Positions 21,817-32,634 are shown, counted from the first letter of the stretch. The stretch is 64,000 nucleotides of DNA from an uncultured delta proteobacterium (GCA_963782055.1 CAWAIF010000003.1:2176001-2240000), one strand, 5' to 3'. Program-made: numbers and translations. Notes: generated by a model from the letters alone, not told the origin.

Positions 21817-22824
21817 ATGAGCTACACCATCACGCTCATCCCGGGCGACGGCATCGGGCCGGAGGTGTGCGAGGCGGCCCGCCGGGTGCTCGACGCGACG
21901 GGCGTCCGCATCGACTGGGAGGTGCACCACGCGGGCGCCGCGGTGGCGGAGAAGCGCGGCACCACCCTGCCCGAGGAGGTCCTGGAGTCCATCCGCAGAA
22001 ACCGCATCGCGCTGAAGGGCCCCATCGGCACGCCCATCGGCAAGGGGTTTCGCTCGGTGAACGTGACGCTCCGCCAGGCGCTCGACCTGTACGCCAACGT
22101 GCGGCCGGTGCGCAGCCTGCCCACCGTGGAGCCACGCTTCGAGGGGACCGACATCGTCATCGTCCGGGAGAACACCGAGGACCTGTACGCCGGGCTCGAG
22201 CTGATGATCATGCCGGGCATCGCGCAGTCCATCAAGCTCATCACCGAGAAGGGCTGCACTCGCATCTGCGAGTACGCCTTCCTCTACGCCGAGCGGATGA
22301 AGCGCAAGCGGGTGACGGTGGTCCACAAGGCCAACATCATGAAGCTCTCCGACGGCCTGCTGCTCGACCGCTTCCGGCACGTGGCCCTCGCGCACCCCAC
22401 CATCGAGCCGGCGGAGATGATCGTGGACGCGTGCGCGATGCAGATGGTCCGGGACGCCAACAAGCTGGACGTCATCGTCACCGAGAATCTGTACGGCGAC
22501 ATCCTCAGCGATCTGGGCGCGGGCCTGGTGGGCGGCCTGGGCATCGTCCCCGGCGCCAACATCGGGGAGCACGCGGCGGTGTTCGAGGCGGTGCACGGCA
22601 GCGCGCCGGACATCGCCGGGCAGGGCATCGCCAACCCGACGGCCCTCATCCAGAGCGCGGTGATGATGCTCCGGCACCTGGGGGAGCACGGTCGCGCGGA
22701 CAGGATCGAGAAGGCGCTGACGGCGGTGTACCGCGCGGGGAAGGTGCGCACTGGCGATCTCGGGGGTGGCGCGACAACGACGCAGTTCACCGACGCGCTG
22801 TGCGAGGTGGTGTCGGCCTCGTAG
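21817..22824 (+). CDS. Isocitrate/isopropylmalate dehydrogenase family (probable NAD-dependent IDH)
   Basis: GDGIGPE, RENTED, HKANIMK, NLYGDILSD, EAVHGSAPDIAG. Confidence 0.9.
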   Translation: MSYTITLIPGDGIGPEVCEAARRVLDATGVRIDWEVHHAGAAVAEKRGTTLPEEVLESIRRNRIALKGPIGTPIGKGFRSVNVTLRQALDLYANVRPVRSLPTVEPRFEGTDIVIVRENTEDLYAGLELMIMPGIAQSIKLITEKGCTRICEYAFLYAERMKRKRVTVVHKANIMKLSDGLLLDRFRHVALAHPTIEPAEMIVDACAMQMVRDANKLDVIVTENLYGDILSDLGAGLVGGLGIVPGANIGEHAAVFEAVHGSAPDIAGQGIANPTALIQSAVMMLRHLGEHGRADRIEKALTAVYRAGKVRTGDLGGGATTTQFTDALCEVVSAS

Positions 22825-22994
22825 ACGCTAGTTGCGACGACGTGGTCCTCCGACTTCGCAGGAGCGCTCGCGCCGACTGAGCACGAGGCGCGTCGCGTAG
22901 TGCGAGTCGGGAGCGGCGGTTGGCAAGCGCGATGTGCTGGCCTACTGTGGCGAAGTGCGTGTGCGCATGGTGCGCGTGCCTGCATCGAGAGCTG

Positions 22995-24203
22995 ATGCCC
23001 GACGAGTCCGACCACGCGGCCCCAGCCGCCCCAGCCGCCGACGAGGCGCTCGCGCGCGACCTGCGCCTGGTGTTCGAGTCCTCCCCCGAGGTCTTGCTGG
23101 TCCTGCGCCCCGACGCGCCGCGGTACAGGATGGTCGCCGCCACCGACGCGCGCCTCCTCGCCACGCACACCACGCGGGAGCAGACGATAGGCCGGCCGCT
23201 CTTCGAGGTGTTCCCGGACAACCCGGATGACGTGGGGGCGACCGGTACGAGCAACCTCCGCGCGTCGCTGGACCGCGTCCTCGCCACGCGCGCGCCCGAC
23301 ACGATGGCCGTGCAGCGCTACGACATCCGCGGCCCGGATGGGACCTTCGAGACGAAGTCCTGGAGCCCGAAGAACCTCCCCGTCCTCTCCCCCTCCGGCG
23401 AGGTGCTCTACATCCTGCACCGCGTGGAGGACGTGACCGGCCTGGTCCAGGCGACCGAGCTGGGCGAGGAGCTGCGCGACAAGACGCGCGCGATGGAGCG
23501 CGAGGTCATCAAGCGGAGCCAGGAGCTGGCCGAGGCCAACCGCGAGCTGCGGGAGGCGAACGCGAAGCTCGGGGAGCTCGACGCGGCGAAGACCGCGTTC
23601 TTCAGCAACGTGAGTCACGAGTTCCGGACCCCGCTCACCCTGATGCTCGGCCCCATCGAGGACGCGCTCGCCCAGGGCGACGGCGCGGTCGGCGGCGAGG
23701 TGCTCCGCGCCGTCCACCGCAGCGCGGTCCGGCTGCTCCGCCTCGTCAACAGCCTCCTGGACTTCTCGCGCCTGGAGGCCGGCCGCCTCCAGGCGAGCGG
23801 CGGGCACATCTGGGTCTACAGCGAGCCCGGCAAGGGCGCGACGTTCAAGGTCTACTTCCCGCGAGCCGCCGGCGTGGCGGAGCTTCGGCCGTCAGAGCGG
23901 CCGCCGCCGGATTCGATCCGGGGCGACGAGACCATCCTCCTCGCCGAGGACGACGCCCAGGTGCGCTCGCTCGCCCGGAGCATCCTGCGGCGCAGCGGCT
24001 ACGTGGTCCTCGAGGCGTCGAACGGGGGCGAGGCGCTCCTGATCTGCGAGCAGCACGGCGCCAGGATCGATCTCCTCCTCACCGACGTCGTCCTGCCGCT
24101 CATGAGCGGCAGGCAGATCGCCGAGCGCCTGCGGCCGCTGCCGGCGTCGCTCACCCGCAAGGTGCGCGAGGTCCTCGACCGCAAGAACGGAAGCGGACGG
24201 TGA
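22995..24203 (+). pseudogene. PAS-HisKA-(HATPase remnant)-REC hybrid kinase with two in-frame internal deletions
   Basis: [23 protein letters not shown] joins directly to [16 protein letters not shown] (no N/G1/F/G2 boxes); REC joins ERLRPL to PASLTRKV (no beta4 or KP motif). Confidence 0.75.
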
Positions 24204-24230
24204 CGGAGGGCTGACCGGGCCGACTGGCTG

Positions 24231-24246
24231 CGGCGCGCGAGTTGCA
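24231..24246 (+). promoter_or_regulatory. Possible sigma54 promoter
   Basis: CGGCGCGCGAGTTGCA fits YGGCRCR-N4-TTGCW, just upstream of the radical SAM ATG. Confidence 0.4.
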
Positions 24247-24260
24247 TTCCGCCTTGTGCA

Positions 24261-25343
24261 ATGGCCCTATCCCTCGTCTTCGCCGATGCCCCCCGGCGCG
24301 TTTACTGGGAAATCACCCGCGCCTGCGACCTCGCCTGTTTGCACTGCCGCGCAGAAGCTGCGCCCTGCGCCGACCCGCGCGAGCTGAACACGGCGACCGG
24401 ACTTCGCCTCCTGGCGCGGCTGGCCCGCGCCAACCCCAGGCCGCACGTCATCTTCACGGGGGGCGATCCCCTCAAGCGCAAGGACCTCTTCCAGCTCATC
24501 GCCGCCGCGCGCGAGCTCGGCATGGGCGTCTCGGTCTCCCCGAGCGGCACGCCCCTGCTGACGGAGGAGGCCATCGACAGCCTCCTGGTCGCCGGGGTGG
24601 AGGCCATCTCGGTGAGCATCGACGGCTCCACGCCGGAGCGTCACGACGCCGTGCGCGGGGTGCCGGGGTGCCTCGAGCGGTCGCTCGTGGCCGCCCGCCG
24701 CGCGCACCAGGTGGGGCTGCCCTTCCAGGTCAACACCCTCGTCAGCGCCGAGACGGTGGACGAGATGCCGGCGATCGAAGAGGTCGTGCGCAGCGTGGGC
24801 GCGTCGCGCTGGAGCCTCTTCTTCCTCGTCGCCGTCGGGCGCGGGACGACGCTCTCTCCCATCTCGCCCGCTCGCTCGGAGGAGCTGCTCGTCTGGCTCG
24901 CCGGCCGCGCGCGCGAGCCGGGTCTGGTCGTCACCACGACCGAGGCGCCGCACTTCCGCCGCGTCATGCGCCAGGCACCGCACGAGCCGGGCGCCACGCG
25001 TCCGGCGGGCCACGGCGCGGGGATCCGCGACGGCAACGGCGTGATGTTCATCTCGCACGACGGGGAGGTCTCCCCCTCCGGCTTCATGCCGCTGTCCGCG
25101 GGCAACGTGAAGCTGGAGGACCCCATCGCCATCTATCGCGACGCGCCGCTCTTCCGCGCGTTGCGTGACGCCGACGGCTTCTCCGGGCGCTGCGGGCGCT
25201 GCGAGTTCCGCATGGTGTGCGGCGGCTCACGCGCCCGGGCGTACGTCGCCACCGGCGACCCGCTGGCGGAGGACCCGCTCTGCACCTACCAGCCGCGGCT
25301 GGCGCGCCCGTCGGAGCCCCCGAGCGAGTCGGTCAGTCCTTGA
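24261..25343 (+). CDS. Radical SAM/SPASM protein (NirJ/AhbD-like)
   Basis: CDLACLHC, TGGDPL, C-terminal CGRC..CGGSRARA..DPLC. Confidence 0.88.
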   Translation: MALSLVFADAPRRVYWEITRACDLACLHCRAEAAPCADPRELNTATGLRLLARLARANPRPHVIFTGGDPLKRKDLFQLIAAARELGMGVSVSPSGTPLLTEEAIDSLLVAGVEAISVSIDGSTPERHDAVRGVPGCLERSLVAARRAHQVGLPFQVNTLVSAETVDEMPAIEEVVRSVGASRWSLFFLVAVGRGTTLSPISPARSEELLVWLAGRAREPGLVVTTTEAPHFRRVMRQAPHEPGATRPAGHGAGIRDGNGVMFISHDGEVSPSGFMPLSAGNVKLEDPIAIYRDAPLFRALRDADGFSGRCGRCEFRMVCGGSRARAYVATGDPLAEDPLCTYQPRLARPSEPPSESVSP

Positions 25344-26484
25344 GCAGGTAGTAGAAGACCAGCACCATCACCGCCATGATGCCGAAGGCGACCGCCATCT
25401 GAAGCGGTCGCGACTTCATCTCCTCCGGCGTGGCGGGGGTTGGCTCGGGGATCGCCAGATCGTCGTCGTCGTCCTTCTTCGCGGCCGGCGCGGCCTCGCC
25501 CGCCTTCCCCTCGGCGGCCGGGGCGGCCTCCTTCGCCGCGGGGTCGGCGGCGGCCGCCGCGGCCGCCTTCCGCCGGGCCTGGCCCTGCGGCACCGTCGTC
25601 TTGGTGGCTTCGGCGCCCGGGCCCTCCTTCATGATCTCGAAGGTCTGCGTCACGCTCTCGGCGTCCTGCGGCGGTCGCAGATCGTCCCCGCTCAGCTCGG
25701 CGAGGACCACCGTCACGTTGTCCTCGCCCCCGCGCTCGTTGGCGAGCTCGATGAGCTTGCGGCACGCCGCCTCCAGCGAGGGCGAGTCGCAGATGACCTC
25801 GCGCATCTCCTCCGGGCTGACCTTGTTGGACAGGCCGTCGGAGCAGAGGAGCAGGCGGTCGTTGCGCCGCAGCGCCAGCTTGCCGAGGGCGGTGGCGACG
25901 TTCTTCTGCTGCCCCATCGCCTGCAGGATGATGTTCTTGTGGGGGTAGTTCTTCGCCTCTTCCTCCGACATCGCCCCGGCGTCGACCAGGAGCTGCACGA
26001 AGCTCTGGTCCTTCGTCATCTGGCGCATGCGCCGGCCGCGCAGCAGGTACGCGCGCGAGTCGCCCACCTCGGCGATGTAGGCGGTGTCGCCGTGGACGTA
26101 GACCGCGGTCAGGGTCGCCCCCATGCCCTTCTTGGACGGGTCCTTCGCCGCCGAGAGGACCTCCTCGTTGGCGGTGGTGACGGCGTCCTCGACCGCCTTG
26201 GCGATGGCCGCCTTGCCCTCCGCGCTGTCCGGCGCCTTCTCCGCCAGCACGCGACGCAGCGTCTCCACGACGAGCGCGCTCGCCACCTCGCCCGCGGCCT
26301 CGCCGCCCATGCCGTCGGAGACCGCGACGAGGATGCCGCGGTCGCGGACGTCGAAGGACTCGGCGTTCTCGGCGCCCAGCTCCTTGGAGTCGCGGTTGAG
26401 GTCCGCCACGACGAAGGCGTCCTCGTTGTTGGTGCGCACCTTGCCGACGTCGGTGCCTGCTGCCACTGCGAGCTTGACCGCCAT
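25333..26484 (-). CDS. PP2C-type Ser/Thr phosphatase with C-terminal TM
   Basis: R.NNED, SDGMGG, MGAT, VGDSR, LCSDGL, DNVT. Confidence 0.92.
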   Translation of the reverse strand: MAVKLAVAAGTDVGKVRTNNEDAFVVADLNRDSKELGAENAESFDVRDRGILVAVSDGMGGEAAGEVASALVVETLRRVLAEKAPDSAEGKAAIAKAVEDAVTTANEEVLSAAKDPSKKGMGATLTAVYVHGDTAYIAEVGDSRAYLLRGRRMRQMTKDQSFVQLLVDAGAMSEEEAKNYPHKNIILQAMGQQKNVATALGKLALRRNDRLLLCSDGLSNKVSPEEMREVICDSPSLEAACRKLIELANERGGEDNVTVVLAELSGDDLRPPQDAESVTQTFEIMKEGPGAEATKTTVPQGQARRKAAAAAAADPAAKEAAPAAEGKAGEAAPAAKKDDDDDLAIPEPTPATPEEMKSRPLQMAVAFGIMAVMVLVFYYLLKD

Positions 26485-26498
26485 GCTCTGTTCCCCTC

Positions 26499-26864
26499 TC
26501 ACTCCGACGCGGCGTCGCTCGCGCCCGCGTCGTTGCCGCCGGCGTCGCCGCCCGAGCCGCACGGATCTCCCGGCACGATACCGCCCGTCGCCACGCAGCC
26601 GCACTGATCGGCCAGGATGGTGTCGCTGGGGCAGGACCAGACGCCCGCTTCGGCGTCGCATTGCGGGGGCGTGGCGCTGATGGCGCACGCCTTCCCGGGG
26701 GCGCCCTGCTTGCAGATGATGTTGGCGCTGCCGCAGGGGCCCTGGGCGTCCGCGACGGTGGCGGCATCCCCGCCGGCGTCGGCGTCGATGGTCGTGGAGT
26801 CGTCCCCGCTGCAGGCGGCGACGAGCCCGACCGCGGCGAGACCCAGGAGCGCGTGGCGCAGCAT
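26499..26864 (-). CDS. Small Cys-rich lipoprotein
   Basis: MLRHALLGLAAVGLVAAC lipobox; DAG linkers. Confidence 0.75.
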   Translation of the reverse strand: MLRHALLGLAAVGLVAACSGDDSTTIDADAGGDAATVADAQGPCGSANIICKQGAPGKACAISATPPQCDAEAGVWSCPSDTILADQCGCVATGGIVPGDPCGSGGDAGGNDAGASDAASE

Positions 26865-26911
26865 GGGAACGACGATAGCCGAAGCTCGGCGGGAAGCCGA
26901 GACCTGTGCGC

Positions 26912-28444
26912 CTAGTAGCTGAGGGCTTCCCGCGCGGCGTTCGCCACGTCGGGGAAGGGGCACTGGCCGATCTGCGTCAGGAGCGCCTTGGCCTGCTTGT
27001 TGTCGCTGTGGTGCCGGGCGCCGTTCAGGACCGCCCACATGGTGCTCTCGTCGGCCTGGGCCATGCGGGCGCGGTAGTAGGCCACCGCCTGCTCGGCGGG
27101 CATGAGGGCGGCCATCGCGCCCAGGGCGTCCTTGCGGACGTCGACGGAGGGATCCTGCTCCGCCATGTGCTGGGCGATCGGCAGCAGCTGCGGCATGCGC
27201 GACATGTTGTTGAACTCGAAGGCGACGGCGCGCCGCACCTCCTCGTCGCCGTCCTGCACGAGCTTCTGGAGGATGCCCCAGACGCGCTGCATCGCCACGG
27301 GCGGCATGTTGGAGAGGTTGCGCGCGATCTCCCGGCGCACCTCCGGGTTCGGGTTCTGCGCGTGCTTGTCGTAGACGGCCAGCGTCAGCTCGGCCATCCC
27401 GTGGTGGTGGGCGAAGGCGAGGGTCGACATGCACTGCGCCTGCACCGCCGGGCTGGTGTCGCCGTCGGCGATGTTGGCCACCCAGTAGGCGAGCTGCTGG
27501 TCGTCGTCGTAGCAGGACAGGGCGCTCACCGCGGAGCGGCGCACCTCCGGGGAGGAGTCCTGCGCCAGGGCGACGAGCAGCTCGCGCTTGCCCTGGAACT
27601 TCTCGGCGGCGTTGAAGCGCAGGTTGGACGCCACCTTCTCGCGGACGTCGGCGCTGGTGCTCTGCGCGAGCTGCTGCACCAGCTGCAGCGCGCCCTCCTC
27701 GGCGAACTTGCAGGCGGCGACGATGACCTGCTCGAAGGTCTCCTCGTCCAGGCCGGGGGTGTTGGCCACGGCGTACAGGGTCTGCAGGTGCTCCGGGCGG
27801 ACGCGGTTGTCGACCAGGTTGGCCCAGGCCTCGAGCGCCTTGCGCCGCACCTCCACGGTGCCGTTCTGCATGTGCCAGGCGATGACCTGCTCGGCCTCCA
27901 TCAGCTCGCTGCCCTCGGAGTAGCAGGCGAGGAAGAAGTCGTAGAGCGCGCTCTTGGTGGTCTCCTCGTCGCCGCCGCGCAGGCCTGGGAAGCGCGAGTA
28001 GATCTCCTCGAGCGGGATGTGGTGGTTGGGGTTCTTGGAGGCCTCGATGACGCGCAGCTCGGCCGACGCGCTCGGGTCCTTCACGCCGGGGATGTCGGCG
28101 ACGGCGGACACCTGGAAGCTGACGTTGTGCGCCGTGGGCGGCAGGTCCGAGGGCACCGTGATGCGGAAGGCCAGCGTCTGCTGCGACCCGGGCGGGATGT
28201 CGGTGCCCGCCGCGACGACCTGCTTGGCGGCCTCGCGCATGTCGATGTTGGGGAGCGCGGAGTCCGGGTTGGTCGTCGTCTGGACGAACATCAGCCGGAC
28301 GGCCAGCTCGGTCAGGCGCAGGGGCTTGGTCCCGCCCACGAGCGTCACGCGGCCGCCCACCACACTCCCGGGGGAGCTGGTGGTGGTGTCGAGGACGATC
28401 TGCACGCTGGTTCCACCGCCAAACATCGAGTCGAGAAGTCCCAT
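26912..28444 (-). CDS. SpoOM/arrestin-like N-terminal domain fused to HEAT repeats
   Basis: MGLL..MFGGG.SV.I.LD..PG..V.G.V pattern and ADIPG.KDP; repeated D...EVRR helical units. Confidence 0.7.
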   Translation of the reverse strand: MGLLDSMFGGGTSVQIVLDTTTSSPGSVVGGRVTLVGGTKPLRLTELAVRLMFVQTTTNPDSALPNIDMREAAKQVVAAGTDIPPGSQQTLAFRITVPSDLPPTAHNVSFQVSAVADIPGVKDPSASAELRVIEASKNPNHHIPLEEIYSRFPGLRGGDEETTKSALYDFFLACYSEGSELMEAEQVIAWHMQNGTVEVRRKALEAWANLVDNRVRPEHLQTLYAVANTPGLDEETFEQVIVAACKFAEEGALQLVQQLAQSTSADVREKVASNLRFNAAEKFQGKRELLVALAQDSSPEVRRSAVSALSCYDDDQQLAYWVANIADGDTSPAVQAQCMSTLAFAHHHGMAELTLAVYDKHAQNPNPEVRREIARNLSNMPPVAMQRVWGILQKLVQDGDEEVRRAVAFEFNNMSRMPQLLPIAQHMAEQDPSVDVRKDALGAMAALMPAEQAVAYYRARMAQADESTMWAVLNGARHHSDNKQAKALLTQIGQCPFPDVANAAREALSY

Positions 28445-28742
28445 GGTTCCTCCTGCGGCGCGAACGCGCCCTGCGAGTGCGGTGCGGTGGTACGGGGGGG
28501 TGGGGGAGATCCTTCCCCCTGGGGAGCGCGGGAGGGAGCGCGAGGGGCGGGGGCGAGCGTGGCAGGGAGCGCGAGCGCGGGGGCGGGGGCGAGCGCCCGG
28601 GGGGGTTGGGTGCGGACGGCGCGCACGGCGCCGGACTGGGAGGACCCTTGCAGTCGAGCGGGGAGGCGGAAATCAGGGGGGGATGGGGTCGGGGGCGGGT
28701 GAGTTGACCCGTCTCTGGGCGCGTGGGATCTCTGCGTCTCCC

Positions 28743-28818
28743 GGGCGAGTGGCGGAACAGGCAGACGCGCCGGTTTTAAAAACTGGTCTTGATGCGGGTT
28801 CGAATCCCGCCTCGCCCA
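28743..28818 (+). tRNA. tRNA-Leu(TAA) with an unusually short variable region; CCA not fully encoded
   Basis: Acceptor GGGCGAG/CTCGCCC, discriminator A; Leu-type D arm; anticodon stem CCGGT/ACTGG with loop TTTAAAA; T arm GCGGG-TTCGAAT-CCCGC. Confidence 0.85.
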
Positions 28819-28996
28819 CCTGAGCTGGCGGCCGCTCGGCCCACCCCACCGGAGCCGCCGGGGCGGCCCGGAAAGGCCGGAGCGCTCAATCCGCGGGGGC
28901 CCACCCGGGCGAGAGCACCCCGGCGAGAGCACCGTCCCGCGCGGATGAAGGGGCCGCTCGCCCCCCGGTTCGCGTTCGCGAACCGCGCCCGCTCGG

Positions 28997-29701
28997 CTAG
29001 TAGCGCTCCTTCGGCTCGTCCTTGGAGATGACCTCCACCTTCGGGAGGACCTCCTTCACGAAGCGGTCGCGCACCTCGGTCGCGCGCTCGCTGTCGCCGT
29101 CGCGCACGGGCACCGCCACGCCGACAATCAGGCACGCGTTGTTCCACGCCGGGTACACCCCGTACGCCGCCGCGTCCTCCCCCTGCTCCACGAGCGTCTC
29201 CGCCTTGGCGTAGACGCTCTCGATGTCCACGATGTGCGTCGTCTTGTCGCTCGCGCTGGCGTGCCACGCCGTCGCGGTGGGTGGATCGCGGTGGATGTCG
29301 ATGTCGTAGGCGTCGATCAGGGGCATCGCCCAGTTCTCGAAGCTCTTGCTGCACGCCTCCGGCACGGAGTTGTCCTCCACGTGCGTGACGTACCCCGCGA
29401 CCACCGCGTGATGCCCCTGGCCGTAGCGGAAGCCCATCAGCGTCGGGATGCCCCAGAACTTCACGCGCATCCAGTGGTTGGCGTCGGGCAGGGGGATGCG
29501 GACGCTGTTCTGCCGGTCCACCCGTTCCCCCAGCGGCGCCAGCTTGAGCTGCTCCAGCGCCGCCGCGTGCTCCGCGCCGCCGTTGCCGCCCTCCGCGGGG
29601 CGGCCGTCGTCCTTGGGCGGCGAGGCGGCCACGACGATGTGCGTGGTGCCCCCGGAGGAGCAGCCCAGCAGGCACAGCGTCAGCCCGAGCCACCGTCGCA
29701 T
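28997..29701 (-). CDS. Hypothetical lipoprotein
   Basis: MRRWLGLTLCLLGC lipobox. Confidence 0.7.
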   Translation of the reverse strand: MRRWLGLTLCLLGCSSGGTTHIVVAASPPKDDGRPAEGGNGGAEHAAALEQLKLAPLGERVDRQNSVRIPLPDANHWMRVKFWGIPTLMGFRYGQGHHAVVAGYVTHVEDNSVPEACSKSFENWAMPLIDAYDIDIHRDPPTATAWHASASDKTTHIVDIESVYAKAETLVEQGEDAAAYGVYPAWNNACLIVGVAVPVRDGDSERATEVRDRFVKEVLPKVEVISKDEPKERY

Positions 29702-29853
29702 GGCATTTATGATGGACGAAAACGGCAAAGGTTCCATCCAAAGTGCGCGCATGAGCCGCGCGGGCCGCTTTCGGTCGCGCTGCGCGGAGAATTGCGCTAA
29801 ACGAAGCCGCACGCGCGGGCGGCGCTCCTTCCCCGCCCGGCGAGGAGCGCCCA

Positions 29854-31671
29854 ATGATCTCCATCGCCAACTCGGCCGGTAAGCCCGTCACCATCAAGAA
29901 CCCCAACCTGGCCAAGTGGGTCCAGGAGACCGCCGCCCTCACCAAGCCCGATCACGTCGTGCTGTGTGACGGCTCGGAGGACGAGCGTCACCGGCTGACC
30001 GAGCTCGCCCTGTCGACGGGGGTCCTGCTCCCGCTCAACCAGGAGAAGCTCCCCGGCTGCTACCTCCACCGTAGCAACCCCAACGACGTGGCGCGCGTCG
30101 AGGGCCTCACCTTCATCTGCACCCCCACCAAGGACGAGGCGGGGCCGATGAACAACTGGATGGCCCCGGACGACGCCTACGCCAAGCTGGGCAAGCTCTT
30201 CGACGGCTCGATGAAGGGCCGCACCATGTACGTCATCCCGTACGTGATGGGCCCCCTCGGCTCGCGCCACGCCAAGATGGGCGTGGAGATCACCGACAGC
30301 GTCTACGTGGCGCTGAACATGCGCATCATGACGCGCATGGGGCAGCCCGCGCTGGACATGCTCGGCCCCGAGTCCAACGACTTCAACCGCGGCCTGCACT
30401 CGGTGCTCGATTGCAACCCGGAGCGCCGCTTCATCTGCCACTTCCCGCAGGACAACACCATCTGGAGCATCGGCTCCGGGTACGGCGGCAACGTCCTGCT
30501 CGGCAAGAAGTGCCTGGCGCTGCGCATCGGCAGCTACCTCGGCAACAAGGAGGGCTGGCTCGCCGAGCACATGCTCATCCTGGGCGTGGAGAGCCCCGAG
30601 GGCGAGATGACCTACGTCGCCGCCGCCTTCCCCAGCGCGTGCGGCAAGACGAACTTCGCCATGATGATCCCGCCGCCCCGCTTCAAGGGGTGGAAGATCT
30701 GGACCGTCGGCGACGACATCGCGTGGATGCGCGTCGGCGACGACGGCCGCCTCTACGCCGTCAACCCGGAGGCGGGCTACTTCGGCGTCGCGCCGGGCAC
30801 CAGCCACAAGTCCAACCCCAACGCCATGAAGACGGTGATGAAGGACACCATCTTCACCAACGTGGCGCTCACCAAGGACGGCGACGTCTGGTGGGAGGGC
30901 AAGGACGGCGAGGTCCCCGACGAGCTCACCGACTGGCAGGGCCGCCCCTGGAAGAAGGGCGTGTCCAAGGAGAAGGCGGCGCACCCCAACGCGCGCTTCA
31001 CCGCGCCGGCGGCGAACAACCCGGTCAAGTCGCGCTTCGCCGACGACCCGGAGGGCGTGCCCATCAGCGCCATCATCTTCGGCGGGCGCCGGGCCACCAC
31101 CGTGCCGCTGGTCATGCAGGCGTTCAACTGGACGCACGGCGTGTTCCTCGGCGCCACCCTCGGCTCGGAGACGACGGCCGCGGCCACCGGCAAGGTCGGC
31201 GTCGTGCGCCGCGACCCGATGGCGATGCTCCCCTTCGTTGGCTACAACATGGGCGACTACTTCGCGCACTGGCTGGAGATGCAGTCGCACATCGCCTACC
31301 CGCCGAAGATGTTCATGGTGAACTGGTTCCGCCAGGACGACGACGGCAAGTTCCTCTGGCCCGGGTACGGCGAGAACATGCGCGTCCTCAAGTGGGTCGT
31401 CGACCGCGCGCGCCTTCGCGTCGGCGGCCAGGAGACGCCCTTCGGCTGGGTCCCCAAGTCGGGCGATCTCGACCTCTCCGGCCTGGACATCGAGCACGAC
31501 CGCGTCGACGAGGCGACCGCCATCGACATGGACGAGTGGCGCACCGAGCTGGAGTCGCAGGGCGAGCTCTTCGCCAAGATCGGGTCCAGCATGCCACGCT
31601 CCCTGGAGCTGCAGCGCGAGCTGTTCCTCTCCCGCATCGAGAGCCTGCACGGCAAGTGGGTGGTGCGCTGA
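29854..31671 (+). CDS. pckG: Phosphoenolpyruvate carboxykinase (GTP)
   Basis: [47 protein letters not shown]. Confidence 0.96.
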   Translation: MISIANSAGKPVTIKNPNLAKWVQETAALTKPDHVVLCDGSEDERHRLTELALSTGVLLPLNQEKLPGCYLHRSNPNDVARVEGLTFICTPTKDEAGPMNNWMAPDDAYAKLGKLFDGSMKGRTMYVIPYVMGPLGSRHAKMGVEITDSVYVALNMRIMTRMGQPALDMLGPESNDFNRGLHSVLDCNPERRFICHFPQDNTIWSIGSGYGGNVLLGKKCLALRIGSYLGNKEGWLAEHMLILGVESPEGEMTYVAAAFPSACGKTNFAMMIPPPRFKGWKIWTVGDDIAWMRVGDDGRLYAVNPEAGYFGVAPGTSHKSNPNAMKTVMKDTIFTNVALTKDGDVWWEGKDGEVPDELTDWQGRPWKKGVSKEKAAHPNARFTAPAANNPVKSRFADDPEGVPISAIIFGGRRATTVPLVMQAFNWTHGVFLGATLGSETTAAATGKVGVVRRDPMAMLPFVGYNMGDYFAHWLEMQSHIAYPPKMFMVNWFRQDDDGKFLWPGYGENMRVLKWVVDRARLRVGGQETPFGWVPKSGDLDLSGLDIEHDRVDEATAIDMDEWRTELESQGELFAKIGSSMPRSLELQRELFLSRIESLHGKWVVR

Positions 31672-31725
31672 GATCGCCGGCTCGCGCCGCTTGGCGCGCG
31701 CCTCCCGCCGTCGTCTAATCGGGCC

Positions 31726-32634
31726 GTGCCCGAGCTCCCGGACGTCACCGTCTACATCGAACGCATCTCCGAGCGCACCCTCGGCCAGCCGCTGGAGAAG
31801 GTGCGCCTGGCGAGCCCCTTCGTCCTGCGCACCGCGGTCCCGCCCATCCGCGAGGCGGAGGGCAAGCGCGTGCTCGGCCTGCGCCGCATGGGCAAGCGCA
31901 TCGTCCTCGCGCTGGAGGGCGAGCTCTTCCTCGTCATCCACCTGATGGTGGCGGGGCGCTTCCGCTGGGAGGACCGCGGGAAGAAGGTGCCGGCCAAGGT
32001 CGGCCTCGCCGCCTTCGACTTTCCGACGGGCACGCTCATCCTGACGGAGGCGAGCAGCAAGAAGCGGGCGTCGATCCACCTGGTCCGCGGGGAGGCGGCG
32101 CTCGCCGACTTCGACCGCGGCGGGCTGGAGGTGATGACCGCGAGCGAGGACGAGTTCGTGCGCGCGATGACCCGCGAGGTGCACACCCTCAAGCGCTCGC
32201 TCACCGATCCGACCATCCTCTCCGGCATCGGCAACGCGTACTCCGACGAGATCCTCCACGCGGCGAAGCTCCCGCCGCTGAAGCTGACGCGCCTGGTGAC
32301 GCCCCAGGAGTGGACGCGCCTCTTCGAGGCGACGAGGAAGGTGCTCGCCGACTGGACCGACCGGCTGCGGGAGGAGAGCGCGAGGAAGTTCCCGGAGAAG
32401 GTCACCGCCTTCCGCGACGGGATGGCGGTGCACGGCAAGTACGGCAAGCCGTGTCCGGTGTGCGGCGCGCCGGTGCAGCGCATCGTGTACGCCGACAACG
32501 AGACCAACTACTGCGCCACCTGCCAGACCGGCGGCAAGCTGCTGGCGGACAGGTCCATGTCGCGCCTGCTGAAGGACGACTGGCCGCGGAGCCTGGACGA
32601 GATGGACGAGCACGTCCGGGCGCGGCGCGGTTGA
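31726..32634 (+). CDS. mutM: Fpg/Nei family DNA glycosylase
   Basis: N-terminal PELPDV, HLMVAG, GIGNAYSDE (H2TH), C4 zinc finger. Confidence 0.88.
   Translation: MPELPDVTVYIERISERTLGQPLEKVRLASPFVLRTAVPPIREAEGKRVLGLRRMGKRIVLALEGELFLVIHLMVAGRFRWEDRGKKVPAKVGLAAFDFPTGTLILTEASSKKRASIHLVRGEAALADFDRGGLEVMTASEDEFVRAMTREVHTLKRSLTDPTILSGIGNAYSDEILHAAKLPPLKLTRLVTPQEWTRLFEATRKVLADWTDRLREESARKFPEKVTAFRDGMAVHGKYGKPCPVCGAPVQRIVYADNETNYCATCQTGGKLLADRSMSRLLKDDWPRSLDEMDEHVRARRG

Noticed and set aside
28470..28700. G-rich tract upstream of the tRNA as a third four-helix-bundle element or G-quadruplex switch
   Set aside because: Similar low-complexity units but no conserved leader or ORF; no evidence beyond composition
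28743..28821. tRNA as an island integration site
   Set aside because: No duplicate of the tRNA 3' end and no integrase seen in the window
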